Source: an uncultured Nitrospiraceae bacterium
GTDB lineage: Bacteria; Nitrospirota; Thermodesulfovibrionia; Thermodesulfovibrionales; UBA6898
Assembly: GCA_963811165.1 (NCBI GenBank)
Contig: CAWEQH010000001.1
Coordinates: forward strand, 224,001 to 288,000
Length of the DNA stretch: 64,000 bases
Reading direction: 5' to 3'
Shown: in pieces, positions 29,069 to 39,016 of the stretch
Layout of the letters: each line of letters opens with the position of its first letter
How positions within the stretch are numbered: position 1 is the stretch's first letter
Made by a program: the position numbers and the translations under genes
Notes under the pieces: generated by a model
Database searches by the model: none
What the model was told of the DNA's origin: nothing
The model's input: the letters and a program-made list of their open reading frames with translations, nothing else

Positions 29069-31239
29069 ACGGGATATTCAACATAAGTCGCCGGGATTTC
29101 CTGAAGGCCGGTGCCCTTGTGGGCGGCGGGCTGATACTGGGTACTCATATAGACTGGGCAGGTGCAGCGGAGGAGGCACCGCCAAAGGCGCCTCCACTTG
29201 AGCCTAATGCCTTCGTCCATATCGCTCCGGACGATTCGGTAACGATTATCGTGAATCATTCGGAGATGGGCCAGGGGGTATACACCTCTCTTCCGATGCT
29301 CGTCAATGAAGAGCTCGATGCGGACTGGAAAAAGATAAAGGTAGAGTCCGCGCCGGTAGCCGCGGTATATAATCACACCGCCTTCGGCATGCAGATGACA
29401 GGAGGCAGCACAAGTGTCTGGAGTGAATATGACCGTCTCCGCACGGTGGGTGCCGCTGCCCGTCAGATGCTTATTGCTGCAGCCGCCGCTGCATGGAAGG
29501 TTGACAGGAAGACCTGCCGTGCTGAAAAGGGAAAGGTGGCCCACTCAAGCGGCAAGTCTTTCACATACGGACAGCTCGCTGAAAGGGCCGCCGCCCTGCC
29601 TGTGCCGGCTAACGTGAAACTCAAGGACGCATCTGCATTCAAACTGATTGGCAAGCCGACGCGCCGTCTGGATTCACCGGAAAAGGTGAACGGAGCGGCG
29701 AAGTTCGGGCTGGATGTCCTCCTGCCCGGAATGCTTATCGCGGTCGTCGCGCGTCCGCCGGTATTCGGCGGCAAGGTAAAAAGCGTGGATGCCGAGAAGG
29801 CAAAAGCGGTCCGCGGGGTGAAGGGCGTGGCAGAGGTGCCCTCGGGCGTTGCCGTGCTCGCCTCGGATTTCTGGCAGGCGAAAGCGGGCAGGGATGCGCT
29901 TAACATCGAATGGGATGAAGGACCCAGTGCAGGGCTTTCTACAGCCGGCATGATGGAACAGTACGCGCAGATATCGAAGACCCCTGGGAAGGTTGCAAAG
30001 AAGATCGGCGACGTGGAGGCAGGTTTTGTTTCGGCGGCGAAGACGATCAGCGCCGAGTATACCGTGCCATATCTCGCCCATGCCACCATGGAGCCTCTTA
30101 ATTGTACCGTGGACCTGCGTCCCGATTCCTGTGAGATATGGGTCGGGACCCAGTTCCAGACGGTCGACCGGAATGCTGCCGCAACAATCGCGGGACTCAA
30201 CCCTGAGCAGGTGAAGATCCACACGATGTTCCTCGGCGGAGGTTTCGGAAGACGGGCCAACCCCGCATCCGATTTCGTCAGCGAGGCGGTCCATATTGCC
30301 AAGGCTGCAAAAACTCCGGTGAAGGTGATCTGGACGCGTGAAGACGACACAAAGGGAGGCTATTACCGACCGATGTGGTTTGACAGCATTTCGGCAGGGA
30401 TTGATCAGTCGGGGACACCTCTTGTCTGGAAGCATACGATCGTCGGCCAGTCGATCGTTGCGGGTACGCCCTTCGAGAAGGTACTAGTAAAAGACGGCAT
30501 CGACAACACATCAGTAGAGGGAGCGGCTGACCTTCCGTATCATATCCCGAATCTCCTAGTCTATTTGCATACCCCTTCAATCAACGTGCCGGTATTGTGG
30601 TGGCGCTCCGTCGGCCATTCCCATACCGCCTTTGTGGTGGAAAGTTTTCTCGATGAGCTTGCCCATGCTGCGGGTAAAGACCCCTTCGAGTTCAGGAAAG
30701 GACTTCTGGCAAAGCATTCGCGGCATCTCGGGGTGCTCACCCTCGCCGCAGAAAAGGCCGGCTGGGGGAAACCCCTCCCAAAGGGCAGGGGCCGCGGCAT
30801 AGCCGTACACGAGTCTTTCGGCAGCTATGTGGCGGAGGTCGCCGAGGTCTCGGTAAGTCCCAAGGGCGAGTTGCGCGTACACAAAGTAACCTGCGCCGTG
30901 GACTGCGGCCGTTTTGTGAACCCAAAGACGATCACGGCACAGATGGAGTCCGGCATTGTCTTCGGCCTTTCGGCTGCACTGCATGGCGCGATCACCTTCA
31001 AGGACGGAAAGGTTGAACAGAGCAACTTCCACGACTATCCCATCCTGCGGCTGAACGAAATGCCGGTGGTTGATGTCCATATCGTTAAGAGCAAGGAAAA
31101 GCCCGGCGGCATCGGCGAGCCGGGCGTACCGCCGATTGCGCCCGCTGTTGCAAACGCGGTCTTCAATGCATCAGGCATAAGGCTGAGGCGGCTTCCGATG
31201 AACCCGGAGACGGTCCTTGAGGCAATAAAGAAAACCTGA
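29065..31239 (+). CDS. iorB: Xanthine dehydrogenase-family Moco subunit (IorB-like), Tat-exported
   Basis: SRRDFLK twin-arginine signal, [27 protein letters not shown]. Confidence 0.9.
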   Translation: MNGIFNISRRDFLKAGALVGGGLILGTHIDWAGAAEEAPPKAPPLEPNAFVHIAPDDSVTIIVNHSEMGQGVYTSLPMLVNEELDADWKKIKVESAPVAAVYNHTAFGMQMTGGSTSVWSEYDRLRTVGAAARQMLIAAAAAAWKVDRKTCRAEKGKVAHSSGKSFTYGQLAERAAALPVPANVKLKDASAFKLIGKPTRRLDSPEKVNGAAKFGLDVLLPGMLIAVVARPPVFGGKVKSVDAEKAKAVRGVKGVAEVPSGVAVLASDFWQAKAGRDALNIEWDEGPSAGLSTAGMMEQYAQISKTPGKVAKKIGDVEAGFVSAAKTISAEYTVPYLAHATMEPLNCTVDLRPDSCEIWVGTQFQTVDRNAAATIAGLNPEQVKIHTMFLGGGFGRRANPASDFVSEAVHIAKAAKTPVKVIWTREDDTKGGYYRPMWFDSISAGIDQSGTPLVWKHTIVGQSIVAGTPFEKVLVKDGIDNTSVEGAADLPYHIPNLLVYLHTPSINVPVLWWRSVGHSHTAFVVESFLDELAHAAGKDPFEFRKGLLAKHSRHLGVLTLAAEKAGWGKPLPKGRGRGIAVHESFGSYVAEVAEVSVSPKGELRVHKVTCAVDCGRFVNPKTITAQMESGIVFGLSAALHGAITFKDGKVEQSNFHDYPILRLNEMPVVDVHIVKSKEKPGGIGEPGVPPIAPAVANAVFNASGIRLRRLPMNPETVLEAIKKT

Positions 31240-31262
31240 TGGAAAAATAATGGGAGGACATC

Positions 31263-32051
31263 ATGAGGAAAATATTTTTTGCATTTCTTGTTGTGTTGGT
31301 CGGCATTGGCTGGGCGATGAAATCTGAGGCCAAGATCCATACCGAAACGGTTGAGTACATGCAAGGAGACGCAACACTTGAAGGCTATCTGGCCTATGAC
31401 GATTCGATTACCGGAAAGCGGCCGGGGGTGATCGTCGTCCATGAATGGTGGGGGCTTAACGATTTCATAAAAGGCCGGGCCGAAGCCCTCGCAAAGCTTG
31501 GCTATGTGGCATTTGCGGTAGATATATACGGCAAAGGCATCAGAGCAAAGACCGCTGAAGAGGCCGGTAAACTGGCCGGCTTATACCGGTCCGACCGCAA
31601 ACTTTTGCGTGCACGTGCCAACGCAGGGCTTGAGGTGCTCAAAAGACTTCCGCAGACCGACACAAGGAATATTGCGGCGATAGGATACTGCTTCGGCGGA
31701 GGTACGGTGCTTGAGATGGCCAGGTCCGGGGCGGATATTTCCGGGGTAGTCAGTTTCCATGGCAATCTCGACAACCCCAATCCCGCAGACGCCAAGAATA
31801 TCAAGGCGGAGGTCCTGGTGCTGCACGGCGCCGAAGATCCTTATGTGACGCCGGAGCAGGTGAGGACCTTCTGGGACGAGATGAGAAAGACCGATGCCCG
31901 CTGGCAGGTCAATATTTATAGCGGTGCGGTCCACAGCTTTACCAACCCGGACTCGGGAAATGACAAGTCCAAAGGGGTTGCATATAATGAAACAGCAGCG
32001 GTGCGTTCATGGAACGCGATGAAGATGTTTTTTTCGGAGATATTCAGGTAA
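31263..32051 (+). CDS. Dienelactone hydrolase family protein, exported
   Basis: HEWWGLN, GYCFGG nucleophile, HSFTNP. Confidence 0.93.
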   Translation: MRKIFFAFLVVLVGIGWAMKSEAKIHTETVEYMQGDATLEGYLAYDDSITGKRPGVIVVHEWWGLNDFIKGRAEALAKLGYVAFAVDIYGKGIRAKTAEEAGKLAGLYRSDRKLLRARANAGLEVLKRLPQTDTRNIAAIGYCFGGGTVLEMARSGADISGVVSFHGNLDNPNPADAKNIKAEVLVLHGAEDPYVTPEQVRTFWDEMRKTDARWQVNIYSGAVHSFTNPDSGNDKSKGVAYNETAAVRSWNAMKMFFSEIFR

Positions 32052-32077
32052 TGTCTGTTTGGCCTGAGTATGCGGGG

Positions 32078-32212
32078 ATGCAGTATGGGGCTATGTTTTC
32101 GCTCACTCTCGGTCCCAAAGACAGTCGGGACCTGCGAGGCAATTTCTCCACCTGCTCCTGGCGGGTCAAATACGAGAAAATGAAGCCGCTCAACTACGGC
32201 CCCATACTGCAT
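32078..32212. mobile_element. MITE-like 135-bp element with perfect 14-bp terminal inverted repeats
   Basis: ATGCAGTATGGGGC ... GCCCCATACTGCAT; internal hairpins GGTCCC/GGGACC and TTTCTC/GAGAAA. Confidence 0.5.
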
Positions 32213-32305
32213 TTTCATCATATCGCTCTGGTCGTTTTATGAATTAAGTTGGTCGGATATAGTCAGATTCTTGATAGTCATGAAATGGAGACAGGGTAAA
32301 AAATT

Positions 32306-33148
32306 ATGGAGATATATGAAGAAATCGTGAGGTTGAAAAAGGACGGAAGGTCTTCGGCCCTGGCAACGATAGTGCAGTGCATCGGTTCTTCCCCCCAGAA
32401 AGAAGGGGCGAAGATGCTTGTCAGGGACGATGGATCGATTGCAGGCACTATGGGGGGCGGATGTTTGGAGGCAGAAGTGATTCAGGCCTCCGTAATGACG
32501 ATCAAGGACGGCTCACCCCGGACATTACCTATCGAACTGACCGAGAGACACGGCGGACTCGTCTGCGGCGGAAAGGTGCTTGTATATATCGAACCGATCA
32601 TACCCGAACCAAGACTCATCATCCTGGGTGCGGGGCATGTAGGCAAGGCGCTTGCCAGGGTTGCCAAGTTCGGCGGATTCAAGACGACCGTTATTGACGA
32701 TAGGGAGGAATTCGCAAACGGAGAAAATATTCCCGATGCAGACGAAATGGTTGTCCACGACCTTTCGGACGCTTTTTCAGAGGTTTTTGTCGACGAAGGT
32801 TCCTATATCGTTATTGCGACAAGGGGACATACCCATGACCTCGACGCGCTCAAGGCCGCTTTAAGGACGAGGGCCGGATATATCGGACTTCTAGGCAGCA
32901 AACGCAAGAGGGCACTTCTTTTTAAGATCCTCGGCGAAGAAGGTTTTTCTAAAGAAGATGTCGGGAGAGTCATTACGCCTGTGGGGCTGTCTATCGGGTC
33001 CGTGACGCCTGAGGAGATTGCGATAAGCATCATGGCCCAGATCATTCAGAAAAGGAGGGAACATATTGCCCCTGGTATCGGTAGTGCTTCTTGCAGCAGG
33101 CTTGGGAAAGAGGATGGGGAGACTCAAGCAGCTTCTCCCCCTCGGTGA
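32306..33148 (+). CDS. xdhC: XdhC/CoxI family Moco chaperone
   Basis: GSSPQKEGAKMLV, GTMGGGCLE, CGG, GAGHVG, YIGLLGSKRK, TPEEIAISI. Confidence 0.92.
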   Translation: MEIYEEIVRLKKDGRSSALATIVQCIGSSPQKEGAKMLVRDDGSIAGTMGGGCLEAEVIQASVMTIKDGSPRTLPIELTERHGGLVCGGKVLVYIEPIIPEPRLIILGAGHVGKALARVAKFGGFKTTVIDDREEFANGENIPDADEMVVHDLSDAFSEVFVDEGSYIVIATRGHTHDLDALKAALRTRAGYIGLLGSKRKRALLFKILGEEGFSKEDVGRVITPVGLSIGSVTPEEIAISIMAQIIQKRREHIAPGIGSASCSRLGKEDGETQAASPPR

Positions 33149-33671
33149 TAAGACGGTAATTAAGTGTTGTCTGGACGCGATTATTGCAGCGGAGACGGAT
33201 GACATCGTGGTTGTGCTTGGGTCCGGGCAGAGGGAATTGATGGAGTCAATAAACGACTATCCCGTAACTATAGCAATAAACGAAGATGTAGGCAGCGACA
33301 TGGCCGAGTCAGTGAGGGTAGGGGTGTCGGCAACGGAAGTTTGTTCGACAGGGATAATGGTCTGCCTCTCCGACCATCCCCTGGTATTGCCCGAGACGAT
33401 GAAATTGCTTGTCGGGACCCATTTGAGAGAGCCGAAGAGTATCCTCATCCCGGCTTGTAACGGCAAAAGAGGGCATCCCGCCGTTTTCCCAAAAGGCGTT
33501 ATTCAGGAGGTTTTTGCCGGCGTCAACTTAAGGGAAATAATCAAGCGCGACCCCAAAAGGGTGAAGCTCGTCAAGGTCAACGACGAGGGAGTTATCATGG
33601 ATATGGACACCAAGGAAGAATACCTTGCGATCATGAGAAAGATAGGAGTTCCGGATGTCAAAGGGCTTTAA
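33066..33671 (+). CDS. mocA: Molybdenum cofactor cytidylyltransferase-like nucleotidyltransferase
   Basis: LLAAGLGKRMG..KQLL, LSDHP, RGHP, DMDT; next to xdhC. Confidence 0.8.
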   Translation: MPLVSVVLLAAGLGKRMGRLKQLLPLGDKTVIKCCLDAIIAAETDDIVVVLGSGQRELMESINDYPVTIAINEDVGSDMAESVRVGVSATEVCSTGIMVCLSDHPLVLPETMKLLVGTHLREPKSILIPACNGKRGHPAVFPKGVIQEVFAGVNLREIIKRDPKRVKLVKVNDEGVIMDMDTKEEYLAIMRKIGVPDVKGL

Positions 33672-34395
33672 TGCGTATGCCCCATTGATCGCCGATATTG
33701 GGTTTGGTCTTGCACTGGCTTCAGCTATCGCTGCGATCTTTTCGGGTATGGGCACCCGGTATGAGCTATGGAATTTCCGCGTTGGCTTATTGGTCCTTAA
33801 ATGGTCCGCTTACGGAGGGCTTGTTGCTGCGGCCGTTTCTCTTGCCGGGTGTGTCCTGGCTCTTCGCAGTGGATCTGGCATTGTGCCTGCGCTGATCGGA
33901 ATTATTGTAGGCGCAGTCCTGGTCGCGGTGCCTGCATACTGGTTTGAGAAGGCGCGGCGTGTCCCCCCTATCCACGACATTACCACCGACACCGCCGATC
34001 CCCCGCAACTGGTGGCAACGCTTCCCTTTCGAAAAAATGCTTCCAACCCGCCGGATTATGGAGGGCCCCAGATTGCCGCCCAGCAGCGTAGGGCATATCC
34101 CGATATCACTCCGCTTGTGCTTGAAATCCCGCCTGAGGCGGCGTTTGATATAGCATTGGCGGCTTCTCGGAAAATGGGGTGGCAGATAATCGATGCAGAC
34201 AGGGCGGACGGGCGGATCGAGGCTGTTGATACAACGTTTTGGTTTGGGTTCAAGGACGATATTGTGATCCGCATTAAGGCAGACGGGCAGGGTTGCCGTG
34301 TCGATGTCCGTTCAGTGTCTCGCGTGGGGATAAGCGATGTTGGGACAAATGCTACCCGGATAAGAAGGTTTTTCAAGGAGATGGGGAAGAGATAA
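33655..34395 (+). CDS. DUF1499 domain membrane protein
   Basis: Three TM segments, PPIHDITTD, FGFKDDIVIR, RSVSRVGISDVGTNATRI. Confidence 0.85.
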   Translation: MSKGFNAYAPLIADIGFGLALASAIAAIFSGMGTRYELWNFRVGLLVLKWSAYGGLVAAAVSLAGCVLALRSGSGIVPALIGIIVGAVLVAVPAYWFEKARRVPPIHDITTDTADPPQLVATLPFRKNASNPPDYGGPQIAAQQRRAYPDITPLVLEIPPEAAFDIALAASRKMGWQIIDADRADGRIEAVDTTFWFGFKDDIVIRIKADGQGCRVDVRSVSRVGISDVGTNATRIRRFFKEMGKR

Positions 34396-34597
34396 AAAGC
34401 ACATTATTTCGCACATCTTGTTTCCCCGGGTGAAAGACGGTTCTCTCAATTTCTGTGCGGAAGGAAAATACTGCATTTCTTTGTACTGATGCATTTTACG
34501 CTCCAAAAGTACCAATTTTTTGAAGTTGTCGACAGATCTCCGGCATCCGGCTATGCTAAAATTGTATTTGTAATTCTTCTTAATAAGGGAGGGAAAG

Positions 34598-35656
34598 ATG
34601 GGCGAAACGTTAAAAAACTTGCTCATACCTTCGATCGTTGCGGTGGTGTCCGTGATAGTGTTGCTTGCGATCCGAAGCATTACTCTCGGACTTATACGGA
34701 AGAGGTCGGCGGGTGCAGGGAAGAAGGCCGACGATATCGTGATAAATGCCTTTAGGGTACCTTCCGTATACTGGTGTATTGCGATCGGACTTCACATAGG
34801 GATCGCGGTTTCGGCGCTTCCCCAGAGATACGTCTTTTATATCAGCAAGACGATTCACGTCCTCGTCATATTTTCTATTACCATAGCGACTGCAAATCTG
34901 GCAGACAGGGGTTTCAAAAATTATGTCACGCAGTCGAACCTTTCGATACCGACAACGGGGCTTGCCTTTGGGATGTTGAGAGGAGCGGTCCTGTCTATCG
35001 GCCTTCTGATAATACTCGGAGTTTTGGGGATCTCGATTGCGCCGCTTATCACCGCCTTGGGCGTCGGAGGCCTTGCGGTCGCCCTAGCGCTTCAGGACAC
35101 GCTCGCCAATCTCTTCGCGGGCATCCATATACTTGCGGAAAAAACAATGCGTATCGGAGACTTTGTGCGGCTTGAGACCGGGCAGGAGGGATATATAGAG
35201 GACATCACATGGAGGACGACGAGGATTAAGATGCCGTCGAACAACATGGTGGTCATCACTAACAGCAAACTCTCCCAAAGCATCGTAACGAATTATTCGC
35301 TGCCTGAGAAAAGAACTTTTGTCCAGATACAAATAGGCGTCGGCTATTCTTCCGATCCCGAAACAATCGAAAGGATCCTCAAGGAAGTTGCGATAAAAGC
35401 GACCAAAGAGGTGCCGTTTCTGCTTGCCGACCCTGCCCCGGATGTGAGCTTCTCCCCGGGGTTCGGCCCGAGTTCTCTGGATTTTACTATCACTTGCCAG
35501 CTCCGGGAGTTTACCGATCAGGGGGCCGCGCAACACGAATTGCGAAAGAGGGTCTTCAAAAGATTGAGGGAAGATGGGATAGAGATTCCCTTCCCCCAAA
35601 GGACGGTATATCTGCGGGAAGGAAAGGAATGGAAGCGGAACGGTGAAGAAGCCTGA
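34598..35656 (+). CDS. MscS-family mechanosensitive channel
   Basis: LGVGGLAVALALQDTLANLFAG, RIGDFV, GIEIPFPQRTV. Confidence 0.93.
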   Translation: MGETLKNLLIPSIVAVVSVIVLLAIRSITLGLIRKRSAGAGKKADDIVINAFRVPSVYWCIAIGLHIGIAVSALPQRYVFYISKTIHVLVIFSITIATANLADRGFKNYVTQSNLSIPTTGLAFGMLRGAVLSIGLLIILGVLGISIAPLITALGVGGLAVALALQDTLANLFAGIHILAEKTMRIGDFVRLETGQEGYIEDITWRTTRIKMPSNNMVVITNSKLSQSIVTNYSLPEKRTFVQIQIGVGYSSDPETIERILKEVAIKATKEVPFLLADPAPDVSFSPGFGPSSLDFTITCQLREFTDQGAAQHELRKRVFKRLREDGIEIPFPQRTVYLREGKEWKRNGEEA

Positions 35657-36197
35657 CCCGCTTGCGATAGTTTCAAAATACTATGAACCGGGCTCGACCT
35701 CGTATATGATCCTTGTCGGACATAGCAAAGCGGTGGCAGAGAAGGCCATGGACATTGCCGGACGGTTCGCTCATCTTAATCCGGATATGGAATTTATTGA
35801 AGCGGCGGCGATGCTCCACGATATCGGCATCTTTATGACTCATGAACCCGGCATAGGGTGTTTCGGAGATAAAAAATATATTTGTCATGGATACCTGGGG
35901 AGAGAACTCATGGAAAAGGAGGGCCTGCCGATACATGCCCTCGTGTGCGAAAGGCATGTAGGAGTCGGCATCAGCATCGCCGACATCGACAACCTGAAAC
36001 TCCCTTTACCCAGACGGAAAATGCTGCCGCTTACCCTCGAGGAAAAGATTATTTGTTTTGCGGACAAGTTCTTTTCAAAAAGACCGGATGCCTTGCACCG
36101 GGAAAAACCACGCGAAGAAGTAAGGGAAAGTATCGCTAAATACGGCCCCGACAATCTGAAGAAATTTGACGATATGTATGAACTCTTCAATAAATGA
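35643..36197 (+). CDS. HDIG-domain phosphohydrolase
   Basis: HSKAVA, MLHDIG, ERHVGVG, FADKF. Confidence 0.88.
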   Translation: MKKPDPLAIVSKYYEPGSTSYMILVGHSKAVAEKAMDIAGRFAHLNPDMEFIEAAAMLHDIGIFMTHEPGIGCFGDKKYICHGYLGRELMEKEGLPIHALVCERHVGVGISIADIDNLKLPLPRRKMLPLTLEEKIICFADKFFSKRPDALHREKPREEVRESIAKYGPDNLKKFDDMYELFNK

Positions 36198-36954
36198 TCT
36201 TTTCGAGAAAGAGTCCCTGAGCCGGGGCGGTAGGTCCGGCGATTGTCCTGTCGCAGGACTGAAGGATCCGGCTGAATCCCTCAAGTGATATTCGCCCCCT
36301 GCCGACTTCCGCAAGGGTGCCGGCAATGTTTCTTACCATATGCCTGAGGAATGCGTTTGCCTCGATCCTTATTTTGATAAAGTCCCCTTCGATCGGGGCC
36401 GTCATAAAATCGATCTTCCCCGGTCTTGATATATCTAAAGAATAAACTGTTCTCACCGGGTGTTTTGCCCCGCAGCCCGCGGCCCTGAAGGAGGAGAAAT
36501 CATGCTCCCCAAGCAAAAGACATGCAGCCTTGGTCATACTGGCCAGGTCGAGCATTGTCCGCACGCACCACACGTACCGATGAAGAAATGCGGATTGTTG
36601 TTTGCCTTCCGATAGTATATAAAAATAGCTTTTTTTTACTGCGTGATACCGGGGGTGAAAGTCCTCGTCCGTTTCCCCTGCATCGAGTATTCTGATGTCG
36701 GGGGGGAGCTTGGCGTTTAAGGCCCTCATGATGACCTTTGTCTCAAGATGAGACCCCGTTCCGAAAACCGCTACCTGGTCAAGGGCATGGACGCCCGCAT
36801 CTGTCCTGCTTGCTCCGGTGAGCCGGATCTCTTCACCGGTGATACTTTGAATCTTTTCCTTTATTACGTCCTGTATGGTGCCGCCGGACTTCTGAGACTG
36901 CCAGCCGTGGTAGTTCGTGCCGTCGTATTCGATCTTAAGTCTGATGTATCTCAT
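36187..36954 (-). CDS. truA: tRNA pseudouridine(38-40) synthase
   Basis: EYDGTNYHGWQ, SRTDAGVHA, FLRHMVRNI, TAPAQGLFL. Confidence 0.97.
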   Translation of the reverse strand: MRYIRLKIEYDGTNYHGWQSQKSGGTIQDVIKEKIQSITGEEIRLTGASRTDAGVHALDQVAVFGTGSHLETKVIMRALNAKLPPDIRILDAGETDEDFHPRYHAVKKSYFYILSEGKQQSAFLHRYVWCVRTMLDLASMTKAACLLLGEHDFSSFRAAGCGAKHPVRTVYSLDISRPGKIDFMTAPIEGDFIKIRIEANAFLRHMVRNIAGTLAEVGRGRISLEGFSRILQSCDRTIAGPTAPAQGLFLEKIIY

Positions 36955-37068
36955 CGATTGATTTTCAGGGAATAAGTGGTTTTAGTCAAGGTGCGCAGAT
37001 GAGGAGATGCGCTTTCACTTTTTGACAAATCTCCCTTGAGACAATTATTATCGAATATCATTGCGCCC

Positions 37069-37250
37069 ATGCTGATATAGCTCAAGAGGATATGGAAAAA
37101 CTCGCTGACCCTGAAAAAGCCAATATCCTTTCGCGCTTTTTTAGGACAGGGAAAGGACAGTATGGCGAAGGCGACATCTTTTTGGGGATGGTCGTTCCGA
37201 AACAGCGGGTTGTTGCCAAGAAATACGCAGGGCTGCTCGCCGGCATCTGA
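37069..37250 (+). pseudogene. Truncated AlkD-like DNA alkylation repair protein (5' fragment)
   Basis: [45 protein letters not shown] then stop after about 55 codons. Confidence 0.7.
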
Positions 37251-37251
37251 A

Positions 37252-37280
37252 TTGACAATAGGCCGTCTCTTCAATATAGT
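37252..37280 (+). promoter_or_regulatory. Sigma70 promoter
   Basis: TTGACA-N17-TATAGT. Confidence 0.7.
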
Positions 37281-37316
37281 ATCTAGCAAATCCGGCCTTT
37301 GGGGGGAAGTTGGTAA

Positions 37317-37931
37317 ATGTTAAAACTGAGGACCATAATCATAGCAACGGGCATGTTGATTATGGTTATGGCAAGCTTGCTCCTCACCCGGTATTGCTAC
37401 TCTGCTACTTATTATAAGTATACGGATAAAAACGGCACAACCAGCTTTACCGACAACCGTCAGTCCATCCCCGAAGAATACAAAAAGAAAGCAATTAAAA
37501 TAACCGACGAAAAGGAAAATGCCGATAAAAAATCAGGAGATAATAAGATTAACGTGGATAATGGAGGCGATTCGTTAATTGATAAAAAGCAAAGGTTGTC
37601 TTCGATAGAGAAGATAAAAAATGCCTTGACGGCGATTACGAATTCCAACCTCTTTAGGCCGGTTGCAGCCATAACTATATTCCTCACCCTTTTTATAGTT
37701 ATTGGGAAAATAGGCAGCTTTTTAGGGCGTAAACAGATAAGTTCGGTTCTGAGAATCGCTTTGACCGCAGGCATACTGCTCTACTTATTCCATACGCAAG
37801 CGGAACAAATAGTGAATATCTTCGGCCAGCTGAAAAAAGATGTTAGTGATATTACAAAGAAGGCGGAGGAGAGGAATAGAGAAGTTGAGGATGCTGCGAA
37901 AGATCAGACTGGTCCCGCAAGAGCCCCTTAG
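37317..37931 (+). CDS. DUF4124-domain membrane protein
   Basis: Signal peptide, YYKYTDKNGTTSFTDN motif, two C-terminal TM segments. Confidence 0.75.
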   Translation: MLKLRTIIIATGMLIMVMASLLLTRYCYSATYYKYTDKNGTTSFTDNRQSIPEEYKKKAIKITDEKENADKKSGDNKINVDNGGDSLIDKKQRLSSIEKIKNALTAITNSNLFRPVAAITIFLTLFIVIGKIGSFLGRKQISSVLRIALTAGILLYLFHTQAEQIVNIFGQLKKDVSDITKKAEERNREVEDAAKDQTGPARAP

Positions 37932-37962
37932 GGATTGCATCCTTGATCTGCCATAATGCCCT

Positions 37963-37991
37963 TTGACAAATCCCGTCCGGATTTATATAGT
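37963..37991 (+). promoter_or_regulatory. Sigma70 promoter for rdgB
   Basis: TTGACA-N17-TATAGT. Confidence 0.7.
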
Positions 37992-38008
37992 TAGTATCTG
38001 TGATTATT

Positions 38009-38599
38009 ATGACTGTCGTTTTGGCTACGAGAAATAAGAAGAAGGTCGAGGAGATCAGCCGGATGTTCGAAGGATATGATATACGGTTCTTGACGATCGA
38101 CTCTTTTCCCGGCTGTCCCGAAGTGGAGGAGGACGGGAAGACCTTCAGACAGAACTCGGTGAAAAAGGCCCTGCAGATCGCTAAATATACCGGGTGTCCC
38201 GCAATAGCAGACGATTCAGGGCTGGAGGTAAAGGCCTTAGGCGGCGCCCCTGGGGTTTTTTCCGCAAGGTATGCCGGTAGTGACGCTGATGATGGGAAAA
38301 ACCTCAATAAGTTGCTTTCGAATATGAAAGGGCTCGAAGCCGAACGCCGGGAGGCACGGTTTGTCTGTTGTATCGCCCTTGCCTTGCCGGACGGGAGCTA
38401 CAAGACCTTTACAGGATACGCCAAGGGACAGATAGCTAAAAAACCTAAAGGTTTCAATGGGTTTGGCTATGACCCGGTCTTCTATCCGGCCGGTCACGAC
38501 AGAACCTTCGCCGAGATGTCCGATACTGAAAAGGATGCGCTTAGCCATAGGGGGAAGGCTTTAAAAAGGTTATATATTTATTTAAAAAAACAATTTTAA
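38009..38599 (+). CDS. rdgB: XTP/dITP diphosphatase (Ham1 family)
   Basis: LATRNKKK, ADDSGL, PGVFSARYAG, GFGYDPVF, SHRGKA. Confidence 0.96.
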   Translation: MTVVLATRNKKKVEEISRMFEGYDIRFLTIDSFPGCPEVEEDGKTFRQNSVKKALQIAKYTGCPAIADDSGLEVKALGGAPGVFSARYAGSDADDGKNLNKLLSNMKGLEAERREARFVCCIALALPDGSYKTFTGYAKGQIAKKPKGFNGFGYDPVFYPAGHDRTFAEMSDTEKDALSHRGKALKRLYIYLKKQF

Positions 38600-38706
38600 A
38601 TTAATGGTGGAAATAATATATTATGCGTGACTTAATTCTTAAGAGACTGTATAATTTAAAAATTAGATTAATAAGTAATTTTTATCTGCTTATGAGAAAT
38701 ATGAAT

Positions 38707-38736
38707 TTGACTTAAAAAAATGCCGGGGCATATAGT
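38707..38736 (+). promoter_or_regulatory. Candidate sat operon promoter with AT-rich upstream tract
   Basis: TTGACT-N18-TATAGT after a very AT-rich 38570-38700 segment. Confidence 0.5.
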
Positions 38737-39016
38737 TATAGGGTTTTAATAGTATATCGCTCCCATAAGATGTTATTATTTTTGTTTTAAAATCACACGC
38801 TTTGGATTACGCGGTCGAAATTTTTTGAAACCCGGGCAGATCGTGAGGTGAGTGCCGTGTGGCGGGCCTTGCAACAGCGCTATGATTCGATCGGCTATCT
38901 TCTAATTTTAGATTCGTTATGACTCGAAAGGCAGACAGTAAGGACTTTTTTAGTAATTAAGTTTGTTAGGACTGAATTACTAATAGGAATAAATCTAAAT
39001 ACACAGGAGGAAAAGT

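Noticed and set aside
38780..38830. Rex operator upstream of sat
   Set aside because: TTGTTTTAAAATCACAC matches TTGTGAA-N4-TTCACAA too poorly.
38860..38875. Sigma54 promoter TGGC...TTGC in the sat leader
   Set aside because: GG to GC spacing is 8 nt rather than the required 10.
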